Part shown: positions 33,554-42,348 of the stretch, piece after piece
How the letters are laid out: each line of letters begins with the position of its first letter
Numbering within the stretch: position 1 is the first letter of the stretch
Assembly: GCA_965247115.1 (NCBI GenBank)
Contig: CBDFGR010000003.1
Location: 2,112,001-2,176,000 of the forward strand
Reading direction: 5' to 3'
Origin: Myxococcota bacterium
Lineage (GTDB): Bacteria; Myxococcota_A; UBA9160; SZUA-336
Length of the DNA stretch: 64,000 bases
Notes under the pieces: generated by a model
The model's database searches: none
Seen by the model: only the letters and a program-made list of their open reading frames with translations
Told to the model about the DNA's origin: nothing
Translations under genes and position numbers: made by a program

Positions 33554-34774
33554 ATGGACGCGAGCCCCCCTCCATCCGCGAGCCCCTCTGCATCCGCAAG
33601 CCGCGGGGAGCTGCTCGACAGGATCCGCAAGGCCGTCGACGCTGAGCCTCTCGGGCGGACTGCCGCCGTCGCCATCATGGAGCGGCTCGAGCACGACCCG
33701 CAGCAGATCCTCGAGCCGTTGCTCGAGGCGGGCCAGGAGCTGGGCAGGCGGGGACACGGGGACGAGATCACGGTCTCGCGGAACGTCTTCATCCCGCTCA
33801 CGAACCTGTGCCGGGATCGCTGTGGCTACTGTGCCTTTGCCGTCGACCCGAGCTCTGCGCAGGCCAAGACCTACTCGCTCGACGAGGTGCGCGAGATCTC
33901 GGGCAAGGCGCTGGCCGCGGGCTGCTGGGAGGCGCTCTTCTGCCTGGGCGACAAGCCCGAGGTGGCCTACCGCGGCTACCGGAGCTGGCTCTCGGAGCTG
34001 GGCTACGCATCGACCTCGGAGTACCTGGTCGATGCTTGCCAGGTAGCCTTCGCCGAGGGTCTGTTCCCGCATACCAACGCCGGCATCATGAGCGCCGAGG
34101 AGATGTCGGCACTGCGCCCGTCCAATGCCAGCATGGGGTTGATGCTGGAGACCACGAGTGCGCGGCTGCGCGAGAAGGGCCAGGCGCACTTCTACGCACC
34201 GGACAAAGACCCCGCCAAGCGCATACGGATGACGCGCGAGGCGGGCGAGCTCGACATTCCGTTTACGAGTGGGATCCTGATCGGAATCGGTGAGACGCCG
34301 GCCGAGCGGATCGACACTCTGCTCGCGATCCGAGAACTGCAGGCCGAGGGAGGGCACATCCAGGAGGTCATCGTTCAGAACTTCCATCCAAAGCCCGGGA
34401 CGGCGATGGGGGAATTGCCCCAGCCGTCGGACGAGCTGATGGCGGGGACGGTGGCCATGTCCCGATTGCTGCTGGGACCGACGATGAATATCCAGGCACC
34501 GCCGAACCTGTCGCCGAGCTCGCTCGAGCTCCTGGTACGCTCCGGGCTGAACGACTGGGGTGGCGTGTCTCCCCTCACCATCGACTTCATCAATCCCGAG
34601 GCGCCCTGGCCGGAGCTGATAGAGCTCGAGCGCCGCACCAGCGATGCGGGCTACACGCTTCGCGACCGCCACTGCGTGTATCCAGAGTTCATCGTGCAGC
34701 GTCCCGAGTTCTTCGACCCCGAGATGCTCCGCCGCCTGCACGCAGCCACAGATGAAGAAGGATATCCCCCATGA
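33554..34774 (+). CDS. cofG: FO synthase subunit CofG (radical SAM)
   Basis: SRNVFIPLTNLCRDRCGYC, PHTNAG, SMGLMLE, HIQEVIVQNF, IQAPPNL, NDWGGVSPLTIDFINPEAPWP. Confidence 0.92.
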   Translation: MDASPPPSASPSASASRGELLDRIRKAVDAEPLGRTAAVAIMERLEHDPQQILEPLLEAGQELGRRGHGDEITVSRNVFIPLTNLCRDRCGYCAFAVDPSSAQAKTYSLDEVREISGKALAAGCWEALFCLGDKPEVAYRGYRSWLSELGYASTSEYLVDACQVAFAEGLFPHTNAGIMSAEEMSALRPSNASMGLMLETTSARLREKGQAHFYAPDKDPAKRIRMTREAGELDIPFTSGILIGIGETPAERIDTLLAIRELQAEGGHIQEVIVQNFHPKPGTAMGELPQPSDELMAGTVAMSRLLLGPTMNIQAPPNLSPSSLELLVRSGLNDWGGVSPLTIDFINPEAPWPELIELERRTSDAGYTLRDRHCVYPEFIVQRPEFFDPEMLRRLHAATDEEGYPP

Positions 34775-35973
34775 GTCTATCCGACATATTGCTCCGGGAT
34801 ACGAGCGCGCCCGTTCGCTCTGTGCTCGAGAAGTCGCTCGAGGGCCGCGAGCTCGAACGTGACGATGCCATAGTCCTGCTCGGTGCCTTCGGGCGCGACC
34901 TGCAGGTGCTGTGTGCGGTTGCCGACGGCGCGCGCTTCGACGATGTGGGTGACGAGGTGTCCTATGTCATTTGTCGGAACATCAACTCCACCAACATCTG
35001 CTACATCGGCTGCAGCTTCTGCGGCTTCGCGCGCCACAAGCACGACGAAGACGCGTACGACCGTGGGCTCGACGACGTGGTCGCCAGAGCGACCGAAGCC
35101 TGGGACCGAGGCGCATCAGAGGTCTGCATCCAGGGCGGGATCCATCCCAACAAGGACGGCTTCTGGTACCGCGAGATCGTTCGCGCCATCAAGGACGTCC
35201 TCCCCGACATGCACATCCACGCCTTCTCGCCCGAGGAGATCGACTTCGGCGTCGAGCGGGCCGACGGGATGTCGCTGCGCGACTACCTCACCATGTTGAA
35301 GGACGAGGGTCTCGGGTCCATTCCGGGCACCGCAGCGGAGATCCTCGACGATGAGGTCCGCAAGATCCTGAGTCCGCGAAAGCTGATGACCCAGCGCTGG
35401 ATCGAGATCGTGACGACGGCGCACGACGTGGGACTGCGCTCTAGCTCGACGCTCATGTATGGCCACATCGAGAGCCCGCGTCACGTGGCTGGGCACCTGG
35501 AGCTGCTGCGCGATCTGCAGAAGCGGACGGGCGGCTTCACGGAGTTCGTGCCCCTGGGGTTCATCCACCACAATACGAGGCTATTCCAGGAGGAGGGAGG
35601 CAGACACGGCGCGACCACGCCCGAAGATCTGCGCCTGCTCGCGACGAGCCGGCTCTTCCTCCGACCCCACATCAAGAACATCCAGATCTCGTGGGTGAAG
35701 ATGGGGCTCAAGCTCGGCCAGGTCGGGCTGATGTCCGGCGCGAACGATTTTGGCGGCACGCTGATGGAGGAATCGATCAGCAAGGCGGCCGGCTCCGAGC
35801 ACGGCGATCACGTGGAGGCCGAGACCATCGAGCGTCTCATCCGCGAGATCGGCCGCACTCCCTACGAGCGCACCACGACCTACGGTCGGCGCAAGAAGAG
35901 CCTGGCCGCGGCGGACCCCGCCTCGCTGCCTCAGGTCTCGCGCACCGAGATCGGCGTGCCGAGTGGCTACTGA
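34771..35973 (+). CDS. cofH: FO synthase subunit CofH (radical SAM)
   Basis: RNINSTNICYIGCSFCGF, QGGIHP, PGTAAEILDDEVR, GGFTEFVPL, GANDFGGTLMEESIS; coupled to cofG. Confidence 0.9.
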   Translation: MSLSDILLRDTSAPVRSVLEKSLEGRELERDDAIVLLGAFGRDLQVLCAVADGARFDDVGDEVSYVICRNINSTNICYIGCSFCGFARHKHDEDAYDRGLDDVVARATEAWDRGASEVCIQGGIHPNKDGFWYREIVRAIKDVLPDMHIHAFSPEEIDFGVERADGMSLRDYLTMLKDEGLGSIPGTAAEILDDEVRKILSPRKLMTQRWIEIVTTAHDVGLRSSSTLMYGHIESPRHVAGHLELLRDLQKRTGGFTEFVPLGFIHHNTRLFQEEGGRHGATTPEDLRLLATSRLFLRPHIKNIQISWVKMGLKLGQVGLMSGANDFGGTLMEESISKAAGSEHGDHVEAETIERLIREIGRTPYERTTTYGRRKKSLAAADPASLPQVSRTEIGVPSGY

Positions 35974-36012
35974 CGCTTCAGCTCCGTAACGGGTGCGTCG
36001 ATTGAGTCTTGT

Positions 36013-37038
36013 ATGACTCGAGTGCTCGTGACAGGCGGCTGTGGCTTCATCGGCTCGAACTTCATCAGACACCTGATCGACGAGGATCCCGGGGTCCTCG
36101 TGACCAACCTTGACCTGCTGACCTACGCAGGCAACCCGCGGAACCTGGAAGGGCTGGACGTTCCCGGCTACCGCTTCGTGCGCGGTGACGTCCGTGATCC
36201 GAAGCTCGTGGACGAGCTCGTCCCGGACGCAGACTGGATCGTCCACTTCGCGGCCGAGACGCACGTCGACCGCTCCACCTCCGAGCTGGCCGGCGACTTC
36301 GTGCGCACAAACGTCTACGGCACGTACACACTGCTGGACTCCGCGCGCCGCCTCGCCCCGCGGGCCCGCTTTCTCCAGGTTGGAACCGACGAGGTCTACG
36401 GCGACCGACCCGCGCCGGAGTACCCCTCGGAAGACGCGCCGCTCGCGCCGTCGAGCCCCTACTCGGCGTCGAAGGCCGCGGGCGATCACATGGCGCTCGC
36501 CTTCGAGCGCACTCACGGGCTCGACGTCCTGGTCTCTCGCTGCACCAACAACTACGGCCCCTTCCAATATCCGGAGAAGGTGATCCCGCTCTTCATCACG
36601 AACGCGCTCGAGGACGAGCCGATTCCGCTGTACGACGGCGGCACCCAGGTTCGAGACTGGCTGCGCGTCGAGGATCACTGCCGCGCCCTCCTGCTGCTCT
36701 TGCGGGAGGGGAGGTCGGGCGAGATCTACAACGTGGGCGCGAATCAGACTCCCGAGATCTCGAACCGCGAGCTCACCGACCTGATCCTGCGCTGTCTGGA
36801 CAAGCCGGCATCACTGATCAAGCCGGTTTCCGGAATCCGACCCGGTCACGACCAGCGGTATGCCGCCGACACGACGAAGATCCGTACACTCGGCTGGGAG
36901 CCAACGGCAGACTTGGAGGCTGGCCTCGCTGCGACCGTGCGCTGGTACGAGCAGCGGCGCGACTGGTGGCAGCCGATCAAGTCGGGCGCGTACCGCGAGT
37001 ACTACGAGAAGATGTACGCCACACAGATCGGGAGCTAA
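36013..37038 (+). CDS. rfbB: dTDP-glucose 4,6-dehydratase
   Basis: TGGCGFIGSNF, LTYAGN, FAAETHVDRS, TDEVYG, YSASK, NNYGP, RPGHD. Confidence 0.95.
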   Translation: MTRVLVTGGCGFIGSNFIRHLIDEDPGVLVTNLDLLTYAGNPRNLEGLDVPGYRFVRGDVRDPKLVDELVPDADWIVHFAAETHVDRSTSELAGDFVRTNVYGTYTLLDSARRLAPRARFLQVGTDEVYGDRPAPEYPSEDAPLAPSSPYSASKAAGDHMALAFERTHGLDVLVSRCTNNYGPFQYPEKVIPLFITNALEDEPIPLYDGGTQVRDWLRVEDHCRALLLLLREGRSGEIYNVGANQTPEISNRELTDLILRCLDKPASLIKPVSGIRPGHDQRYAADTTKIRTLGWEPTADLEAGLAATVRWYEQRRDWWQPIKSGAYREYYEKMYATQIGS

Positions 37039-38338
37039 AGCGCGCTGCCAGGGCCTCCAGCTCGTAGCGCAGCTGTGGCCGTTCGACAATCCGGCGCTCC
37101 ACCACCTCCACCGCGTAGATGACGCTCGAGTGATCGCGATCGAAGGCGCGGCCGATGTCCTTGAGCGACAGGTTCGTGTACCTGCGGCACAGGTACATCG
37201 CGAACTGGCGCGGCTGCACGACGCGCCGTCGCCGCGAGCGACCGCTGAGCTCCCCGCGTGTTAGCGAATACGTCTTGGCCACCAGCTCCGTGATCTGCTC
37301 GAGCGTGTGGGGTCGTCCCGGCACCTCCACGGCGGTCAACGCCTCGGCTACCAGCTCGGGTGTGATCCGCGTACGGAGCAGTGACGCGCGTGCGACGACC
37401 TGGTTCAGGCCGGAGAGCAGATCGCGGACGCTATCGACGGGGCGCTCGGCCAGCTGCCGGAGGCACTCCTCGGGCAGGCCGATGCCGCCTCCCGCTGCCT
37501 TCTCGCGCAGGATCTCGGTTCGAGTCAGCAGCTCGGGTGGAGCAATCCGGGCCACGAGCCCCGAGGCCATCCGCGAGGCGAGCTTGTCATCGAGATCCTC
37601 GATCTCCACGGGAAGACGGTCGCCGGACAGGACGACCGTCTTCCCGTGTGAGATCAAGTGGTCGATCGTGTGAAACAGCTCGATCTGCGTCGCCCGTTTT
37701 CCTGAGAGGAACTGGACGTCCTCCAGGATCAAGACGTTCAGCGAGCGTCTGTAACGCTGGCGGATATCCTGCATCCGGCCGCCGCGGATCGCGGAGGTCA
37801 CCTCCGTGGTAAACTCCTCGCTCGAACGATAGATCGCGTGTGATGACAGCTCACGCTGAATCGCCCGGCACAGGTGGGTCTTGCCGACGCCACTCACCCC
37901 ACTCAAGAAGAGGGGACTGCAGCGTCCTGACTGCTGACGTGCGACTGCACGCGCCGCCTCGACGGCGAGCGCGTTGCCCGAGTCGACGACGAAGCTGTTG
38001 AAGCCGGAAGTGGAAGCGCCGACAGCTTGGGCCGGCGAGAGCGGCGAGCCGACGGTGTCGGGGACGTCCCCACTCACGCCCCGTTCCGTCGGCTCGCCTC
38101 CACGCTGGGGTCGATCGGGCTGGACGCGGTAGTCGACGCAGCGAATGTCTGCGGATGCCTCGATCACCGAGCCGTACCTGGATCGAATCCAGTCGCGGGT
38201 AAAACGATCCGGGCAGTGGATCACCAGACAATCGTTCTCGACGACTCCATCGAGCCTACGGAACCATGCGCCGAATGCTGACGCACCTACAGCCTGACGG
38301 ATCGTCTCGCGGACGACCTCCCACCCCCCACCTGGCAT
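36977..38338 (-). CDS. dnaA: Second, full-length DnaA paralogue
   Basis: Domain I (AWF...PDRFTRDWIRSRY), Walker A GVSGVGKTHL, LILEDVQFLSGK, TQIELFH, SRMASGL, PPELLTR, domain IV PRQFAMYL...IGRAFDRDHSSV. The 3' end overlaps the rfbB end by 62 nt. Confidence 0.9.
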   Translation of the reverse strand: MPGGGWEVVRETIRQAVGASAFGAWFRRLDGVVENDCLVIHCPDRFTRDWIRSRYGSVIEASADIRCVDYRVQPDRPQRGGEPTERGVSGDVPDTVGSPLSPAQAVGASTSGFNSFVVDSGNALAVEAARAVARQQSGRCSPLFLSGVSGVGKTHLCRAIQRELSSHAIYRSSEEFTTEVTSAIRGGRMQDIRQRYRRSLNVLILEDVQFLSGKRATQIELFHTIDHLISHGKTVVLSGDRLPVEIEDLDDKLASRMASGLVARIAPPELLTRTEILREKAAGGGIGLPEECLRQLAERPVDSVRDLLSGLNQVVARASLLRTRITPELVAEALTAVEVPGRPHTLEQITELVAKTYSLTRGELSGRSRRRRVVQPRQFAMYLCRRYTNLSLKDIGRAFDRDHSSVIYAVEVVERRIVERPQLRYELEALAARFSSRSVWRTSSRSTRGTRPT

Positions 38339-38678
38339 CTCGACCCGTATTCCCCCCGTGTGGGCCAGATTTGTCGGATCTGGCCCGAACTAGAGAATCT
38401 CTCACGCACGACTGTGGTCGCGCAAAGGCGATTCCCGTCGACCTCGCTTTCGCCTCGGAGCACGACCGTACCCCTACACATGATTGCGCGCGGGCATTCC
38501 CCGTCGGCGAGCGAAGGGGCCGAAATTACAGGTTCTCGGTCCCGTGTCGTGACAAACGGGACTCTCGTTCACATGATTGTGCACAGCCGTTCACACGGGC
38601 GAATGGGCACATCCGTGTGTGGAGCGGACTCGAGAATTCGGCCGATTTCGAATAATCGTGAAGAAATGCGACGAATTA

Positions 38679-39350
38679 TCAATTGAGGCTATCGGGTCGC
38701 TCCGGTAGCCGGGCGGCGGCTAGCTGGAAGTCGAGCAGCTGAATCAAGAGCCGCGCGCGCGCCAGTGGATCCGCCGTTTCCAGGAGGCTCTGCTTCTCGA
38801 CGAGCCCGCAGTCGATTCCGAATGCGATGGCGTGCACCAGCGCCACCGGGTCGAGCTCCCGCATGCGCGTGCGCAGGGTCTCGACGCTCTGGCGCACGGC
38901 CAGCTGCGCATAGGCGAGCATCTTCTCTTCGAGCTCTGGACGAATCGAGAGCAACCCCTCACGCGTTGCCTCGGCAAGCTCGTCATCTGACGGATCGTCG
39001 AGTAGCTCGGCTCGCGCGAGGATGTAGTCGTCCTCGCTCTGCTCCTGTTCAAGCAGTCGAAAGCGCCGGCGTCCCTCGAGCAGGATGTCGTACTTCCCGT
39101 CGGGCAGCTCGTTGTGGTCTGTGATGCGACCCGCGCAGCCCAGCTCGAAGACGTGCGCTGGACCCGACGGCGGTGCCATGGATCCGGTCTTGAGCAACGT
39201 CATCCCGATCACGCGATCGCCGCGCAGTGCGTCTCGAGCCATAGCGCGGTACCGAGGTTCGAATATGTGCAATTGCAGATAGGCGTCCGGAAACAGCACC
39301 ACGTTTGGCAGCGGGAAGATCGGAAAGCGCGCGGGAAAGCTGGCGTCCAT
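38679..39350 (-). CDS. LON peptidase substrate-binding-domain protein
   Basis: PIFPLPNVVLFP, LHIFEPRYRAM, LPDGKYDILLEGRRRF, EKQSLLE. Confidence 0.9.
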   Translation of the reverse strand: MDASFPARFPIFPLPNVVLFPDAYLQLHIFEPRYRAMARDALRGDRVIGMTLLKTGSMAPPSGPAHVFELGCAGRITDHNELPDGKYDILLEGRRRFRLLEQEQSEDDYILARAELLDDPSDDELAEATREGLLSIRPELEEKMLAYAQLAVRQSVETLRTRMRELDPVALVHAIAFGIDCGLVEKQSLLETADPLARARLLIQLLDFQLAAARLPERPDSLN

Positions 39351-39387
39351 GACGAGAAGGGTATACTCCGGGCACCCCCCGGCACCA

Positions 39388-39846
39388 GTGACCAAGACAG
39401 AGCGCGAGGAGCAACGGGTCGTGCTGGAGAGGTTGCGCGCAGATGCGCTCAGCCTGGCGACCGCGTATCGTCTGCCTCTGCGCTCCCTCGATGCCGAGCG
39501 ACCGCAGGTCAAGCGCCGCTACGGCATCTGCTACGACGATGGCAGCATCCGCATTCGGCTGCGCCACGTGCGCACCGGTCAGCTGCTCAAGTACTCGGCG
39601 CTTGTCGACACGCTATGCCACGAGCTGGCACACCTCAGGCACTTCGACCACGGTCGCCGCTTCAGCGCCTTCTACGAAAAACTCCTCGCCTACGCCCGCC
39701 GCAGGGGAATCTACCAACCAACCCCCCGCCCCCCGCGTCGCCGTCCCCCCCAACGCCCCGGCCTCTTCGAGATCCCCCCTCGCCCTCCGCCACACAAACC
39801 ACCGCAGCAGCTAGACCTCTTCCCCCCTCCACCGGAACACCCGTAA
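39388..39846 (+). CDS. Small zinc metallopeptidase-like protein (YgjP/WLM-type HExxH) with Pro-rich tail
   Basis: YGIC...IRIRLR...DTLCHELAHLRHFDHGRRF. Confidence 0.78.
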   Translation: MTKTEREEQRVVLERLRADALSLATAYRLPLRSLDAERPQVKRRYGICYDDGSIRIRLRHVRTGQLLKYSALVDTLCHELAHLRHFDHGRRFSAFYEKLLAYARRRGIYQPTPRPPRRRPPQRPGLFEIPPRPPPHKPPQQLDLFPPPPEHP

Positions 39847-39854
39847 GCCCACCC

Positions 39855-39893
39855 TGCGAATCGCCGCGAAGCGCGGCGCTTGCACGGTTGCCG
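39855..39893 (-). repeat. Partial REP-like element, copy F (first hairpin only)
   Basis: Minus strand GGCAACCGTGCAAG-CGCCGCG(CTT)CGCGGCG; inverted partner of copy C. Confidence 0.7.
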
Positions 39894-39967
39894 ATCCGGC
39901 TAGGTGTCCACTGGCTGCGCGGCCGCAAACCGCGCCAAGAGCGCGCTGCGCAAGAAGCCGGGTCCTT

Positions 39968-40117
39968 AACTTGGGGACGGTTCTTAATCTGAACTCATTC
40001 CGCGTGAGACGACCGCAACGACGGCTAGATGGACGAATGTAGCCAAGAGTCCCGCCAGAGTGACCAGAAGTTCCGATATCGGCCAAACAAGTTCGGATTG
40101 AGGACCGTCCCCAAGTT
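39968..40117. mobile_element. MITE-like unit bounded by 28-bp inverted repeats
   Basis: AACTTGGGGACGGTTCTTAATCTGAACT (39968-39995) vs AGTTCGGATTGAGGACCGTCCCCAAGTT (40090-40117), 25/28 complementary; 94-bp spacer with no convincing gene. Confidence 0.55.
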
Positions 40118-40164
40118 CGGATTCCGTGGAGAACCGGCAACCTCCTACGGGGCTTGGCAACCAT

Positions 40165-40346
40165 GCAAGCGCCGCGGAACGCGGCGCGCGCAGCGAAGGG
40201 CCTGGCCCTGAGCGGAGGTGGGTGGCAGCAAGCCGTGCCGAAGGCGCGGTGCGCAGTGAGGCGATAGCCGAACGAAGAGCGGGTGGCGCGCGACCGCTCG
40301 CGCGCCGGGCCCCGCAAGACGGGCCGCCCGCGGCCGGGTCCCACAG
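40165..40346 (+). repeat. Three-hairpin REP-like element, tandem copies C1 and C2 plus a duplicated 3' end
   Basis: CAAG-CGCCGCG(GAA)CGCGGCG-CGCGCAGCGA-AGGGC(CTG)GCCCT-GAGCGGAGGTGGGTGG, then CAAG-CCGTGCC(GAA)GGCGCGG-TGCGCAGTGA-GGC(GATA)GCC-GAACGAAGAGCGGGTGG-hairpin-CCGGGCCCCGCAAGAC. Confidence 0.85.
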
Positions 40347-40354
40347 GGAGAGAC

Positions 40355-40558
40355 TCAGGCTTCTCGGACCTTGTCGTAGTCCTCGAGGGAGTTCGGCCCC
40401 TCGACTACCTTGACCTCGACGCCCTCGAGCGCGATCTGCTTGTCGAGGATCTGGGAGACGAGCTGGTCGACGGTGAGCTCATCGTACTCGGCCAGGGCGT
40501 CCTCCAGCCCGCTCTCTTCCACAGACATCGCGATCTGTAGCTTGATGGTGATGGGCAT
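40355..40558 (-). CDS. Small acidic hypothetical protein (67 aa)
   Basis: Strong host-like codon usage and GGAG RBS; no family recognised. Confidence 0.75.
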   Translation of the reverse strand: MPITIKLQIAMSVEESGLEDALAEYDELTVDQLVSQILDKQIALEGVEVKVVEGPNSLEDYDKVREA

Positions 40559-40760
40559 GGGACTCCGCCGTCCGGCTTCGCGGCGAGCGGGAAGATAACG
40601 AAGGCGGCCGGGAACACAACGAGATTTCGGCGCGATACCCGGTTGAAATCGTCAAATATGTCGCCCCGATGGATGCTTGGGCGGCTTCTTTTTGAGTCCC
40701 CTGCCCGGTGCGAAACTGGCTCGCGGCGCGTACCCTACCGGGTCCACCGAAGGAGTCTCC

Positions 40761-41312
40761 GTGCTCGTCAGAAGCTTTGTAGGGGTGCTGCTGATCGTTT
40801 GTGGCGTGGGCTGTGATCGCAGACTGGAGCCCTGGATCGACAAGGAGGCGGAGCTGCCCGCGACGGAGCGACCCGTGCACGTGCCGGGACTCGACGCCCC
40901 GATCGTGCGCTCGCAGCCGGGAGCTGCGCTGGCTTCGAGAAGCGAGCGTCGCGGAGCGGAGCGTGGCTCAGAAGCCCCACCCATCCGCGGCACGTTGCGG
41001 CTCGCTACAGGTGAGGAGCCGGGTCCCGGCGGCGTACTCTTCCTGATCGCGCGCACCTCTCCGGTTGGTCCGCCGCTAGCGGTGAAGAGACTGCCCGTGG
41101 GTCCGTTCCCGCTGGACTTCGAGATTGGACCGAATGACGTGATGATTCCAGGGCTGCGCTTTGCGGGGGCGATCACCCTCACGGCGCGCATCGACGCTGA
41201 CGGGGATCCCCTGACGCCTGCGGCTGCGGGAGACCTTCAGGGGGCACTCGCTGGCCCAGTAGAGCCGGGCTCCGCCGGAGTACAGCTCGTGCTGCGAGCG
41301 AGCGAGGGGTAA
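40761..41312 (+). CDS. Lipoprotein with a CcmI/CycH C-terminal-like Ig domain
   Basis: VLFLIAR...GPPLAVKRL...FPLDFEIGPNDVMIPG...LTARIDADGD; GVGC lipobox; AAGGAG RBS. Confidence 0.75.
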   Translation: MLVRSFVGVLLIVCGVGCDRRLEPWIDKEAELPATERPVHVPGLDAPIVRSQPGAALASRSERRGAERGSEAPPIRGTLRLATGEEPGPGGVLFLIARTSPVGPPLAVKRLPVGPFPLDFEIGPNDVMIPGLRFAGAITLTARIDADGDPLTPAAAGDLQGALAGPVEPGSAGVQLVLRASEG

Positions 41313-41358
41313 TTCGATCTCAAGCTGAAGCCCGCTGGCCACGACGGATTGAGTAGTA

Positions 41359-42348
41359 GTGACTGAATCCCTGCATACCCGCCATCTCGCCGGGCGCGAG
41401 ATGATCATCGCGATCGACTCGACCCAGCGCGGGCCCGCGCTGGGTGGGTGTCGTTGGAAGACCTACCCCGACAGTGCGGCGGCGCGGGACGAGGCCCGCG
41501 CTCTGGCCGCAGCCATGACGCGCAAGGCGGCGCTGGCCCGATTGGCTCTGGGAGGTGGCAAGGCCGTCGTCGTGGGCGATCCCTGCAAGCGCACCCGCGA
41601 GGAGCTGCTGGCCTTCGGGGACTTCGTGGAGAGCCTGGGCGGCGCCTACATCACCGCCGCGGACATGGGGAGCGGTGAGCAGCAGATGGCCATCATTCGC
41701 GAGCGGACCAGCCAGGTGCTGGGCCTGCCCCGCGGAGTCGGAGGCTGTGGGGATCCAGGCCCATTCACGGCCCGGGGCGTCTACATGGCGCTGCTCTTCG
41801 CACTTGGCGGTTCGGTATGTGGGGCCCGGGTGGTGGTTCAGGGCACGGGAAACGTCGGTGGACCGCTCGCACGTCTGCTGATCGACGGAGGGGCAGCGGT
41901 CGTGGCGAGCGATACGAACCGGCAGGCCCTCGAGTCGCTGCCGCACGAGGTGCGCGTGGTAGATCCTGGAGAGGTCACCGGCGTTCCTTGCGAGGTCTTT
42001 GCCCCGTGTGGCCCGGCTGGCGTCCTGGATCAGAGGCTCGCCGGCGAGATCTCCTGTCGGGTAGTTTGCGGCGCCGCGAACAACCCGCTGACAGATCCTG
42101 CCGTGGCCGGGGTGCTGCAGGAGCGCGGGGTGTTGTACGTCCCGGACTTCCTTTCGAACGCGGGCGGGCTCATCCATCTCGCTGTAGCGCTGGAGGGCGG
42201 GGATGCCGAGACGACGGTTGAGCGCCTGCAGGTCATTCCCGACAACCTGGAGGAGGTCCTCACCGCCGTGAAGTCGGAAGGTGGCGACACGCTCTCGGCC
42301 GCCGAGCGTCTCGCGAAGCGGCTACTCGCAGGAGGAGAGCGCGTCTAG
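41359..42348 (+). CDS. Glu/Leu/Phe/Val dehydrogenase
   Basis: GPALGGCR, MTRK, GGGKAV, YITAADMG, TARGV, QGTGNVG, GAANN, YVPDFLSNAGG. Confidence 0.92.
   Translation: MTESLHTRHLAGREMIIAIDSTQRGPALGGCRWKTYPDSAAARDEARALAAAMTRKAALARLALGGGKAVVVGDPCKRTREELLAFGDFVESLGGAYITAADMGSGEQQMAIIRERTSQVLGLPRGVGGCGDPGPFTARGVYMALLFALGGSVCGARVVVQGTGNVGGPLARLLIDGGAAVVASDTNRQALESLPHEVRVVDPGEVTGVPCEVFAPCGPAGVLDQRLAGEISCRVVCGAANNPLTDPAVAGVLQERGVLYVPDFLSNAGGLIHLAVALEGGDAETTVERLQVIPDNLEEVLTAVKSEGGDTLSAAERLAKRLLAGGERV

Noticed and set aside
31910..34741. 943-aa minus-strand ORF and other long antisense or alternate-frame ORFs (e.g. 2126-3589, 13629-15122, 19717-21111, 47819-49267, 59076-60281)
   Set aside because: They shadow well-supported genes, lack motifs, and are expected from stop-codon scarcity at high GC3.
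38266..38686. Plus-strand ORFs with repeated HDC tripeptides upstream of dnaA2
   Set aside because: Atypical codon usage and no RBS; the peptide repeat simply reflects the DNA motif.
39847..40354. CRISPR array or integron attC array interpretation of the repeats
   Set aside because: No regularly spaced identical repeats with unique spacers, no cas or integrase gene, and no RYYYAAC/GTTRRRY-bounded cassettes.
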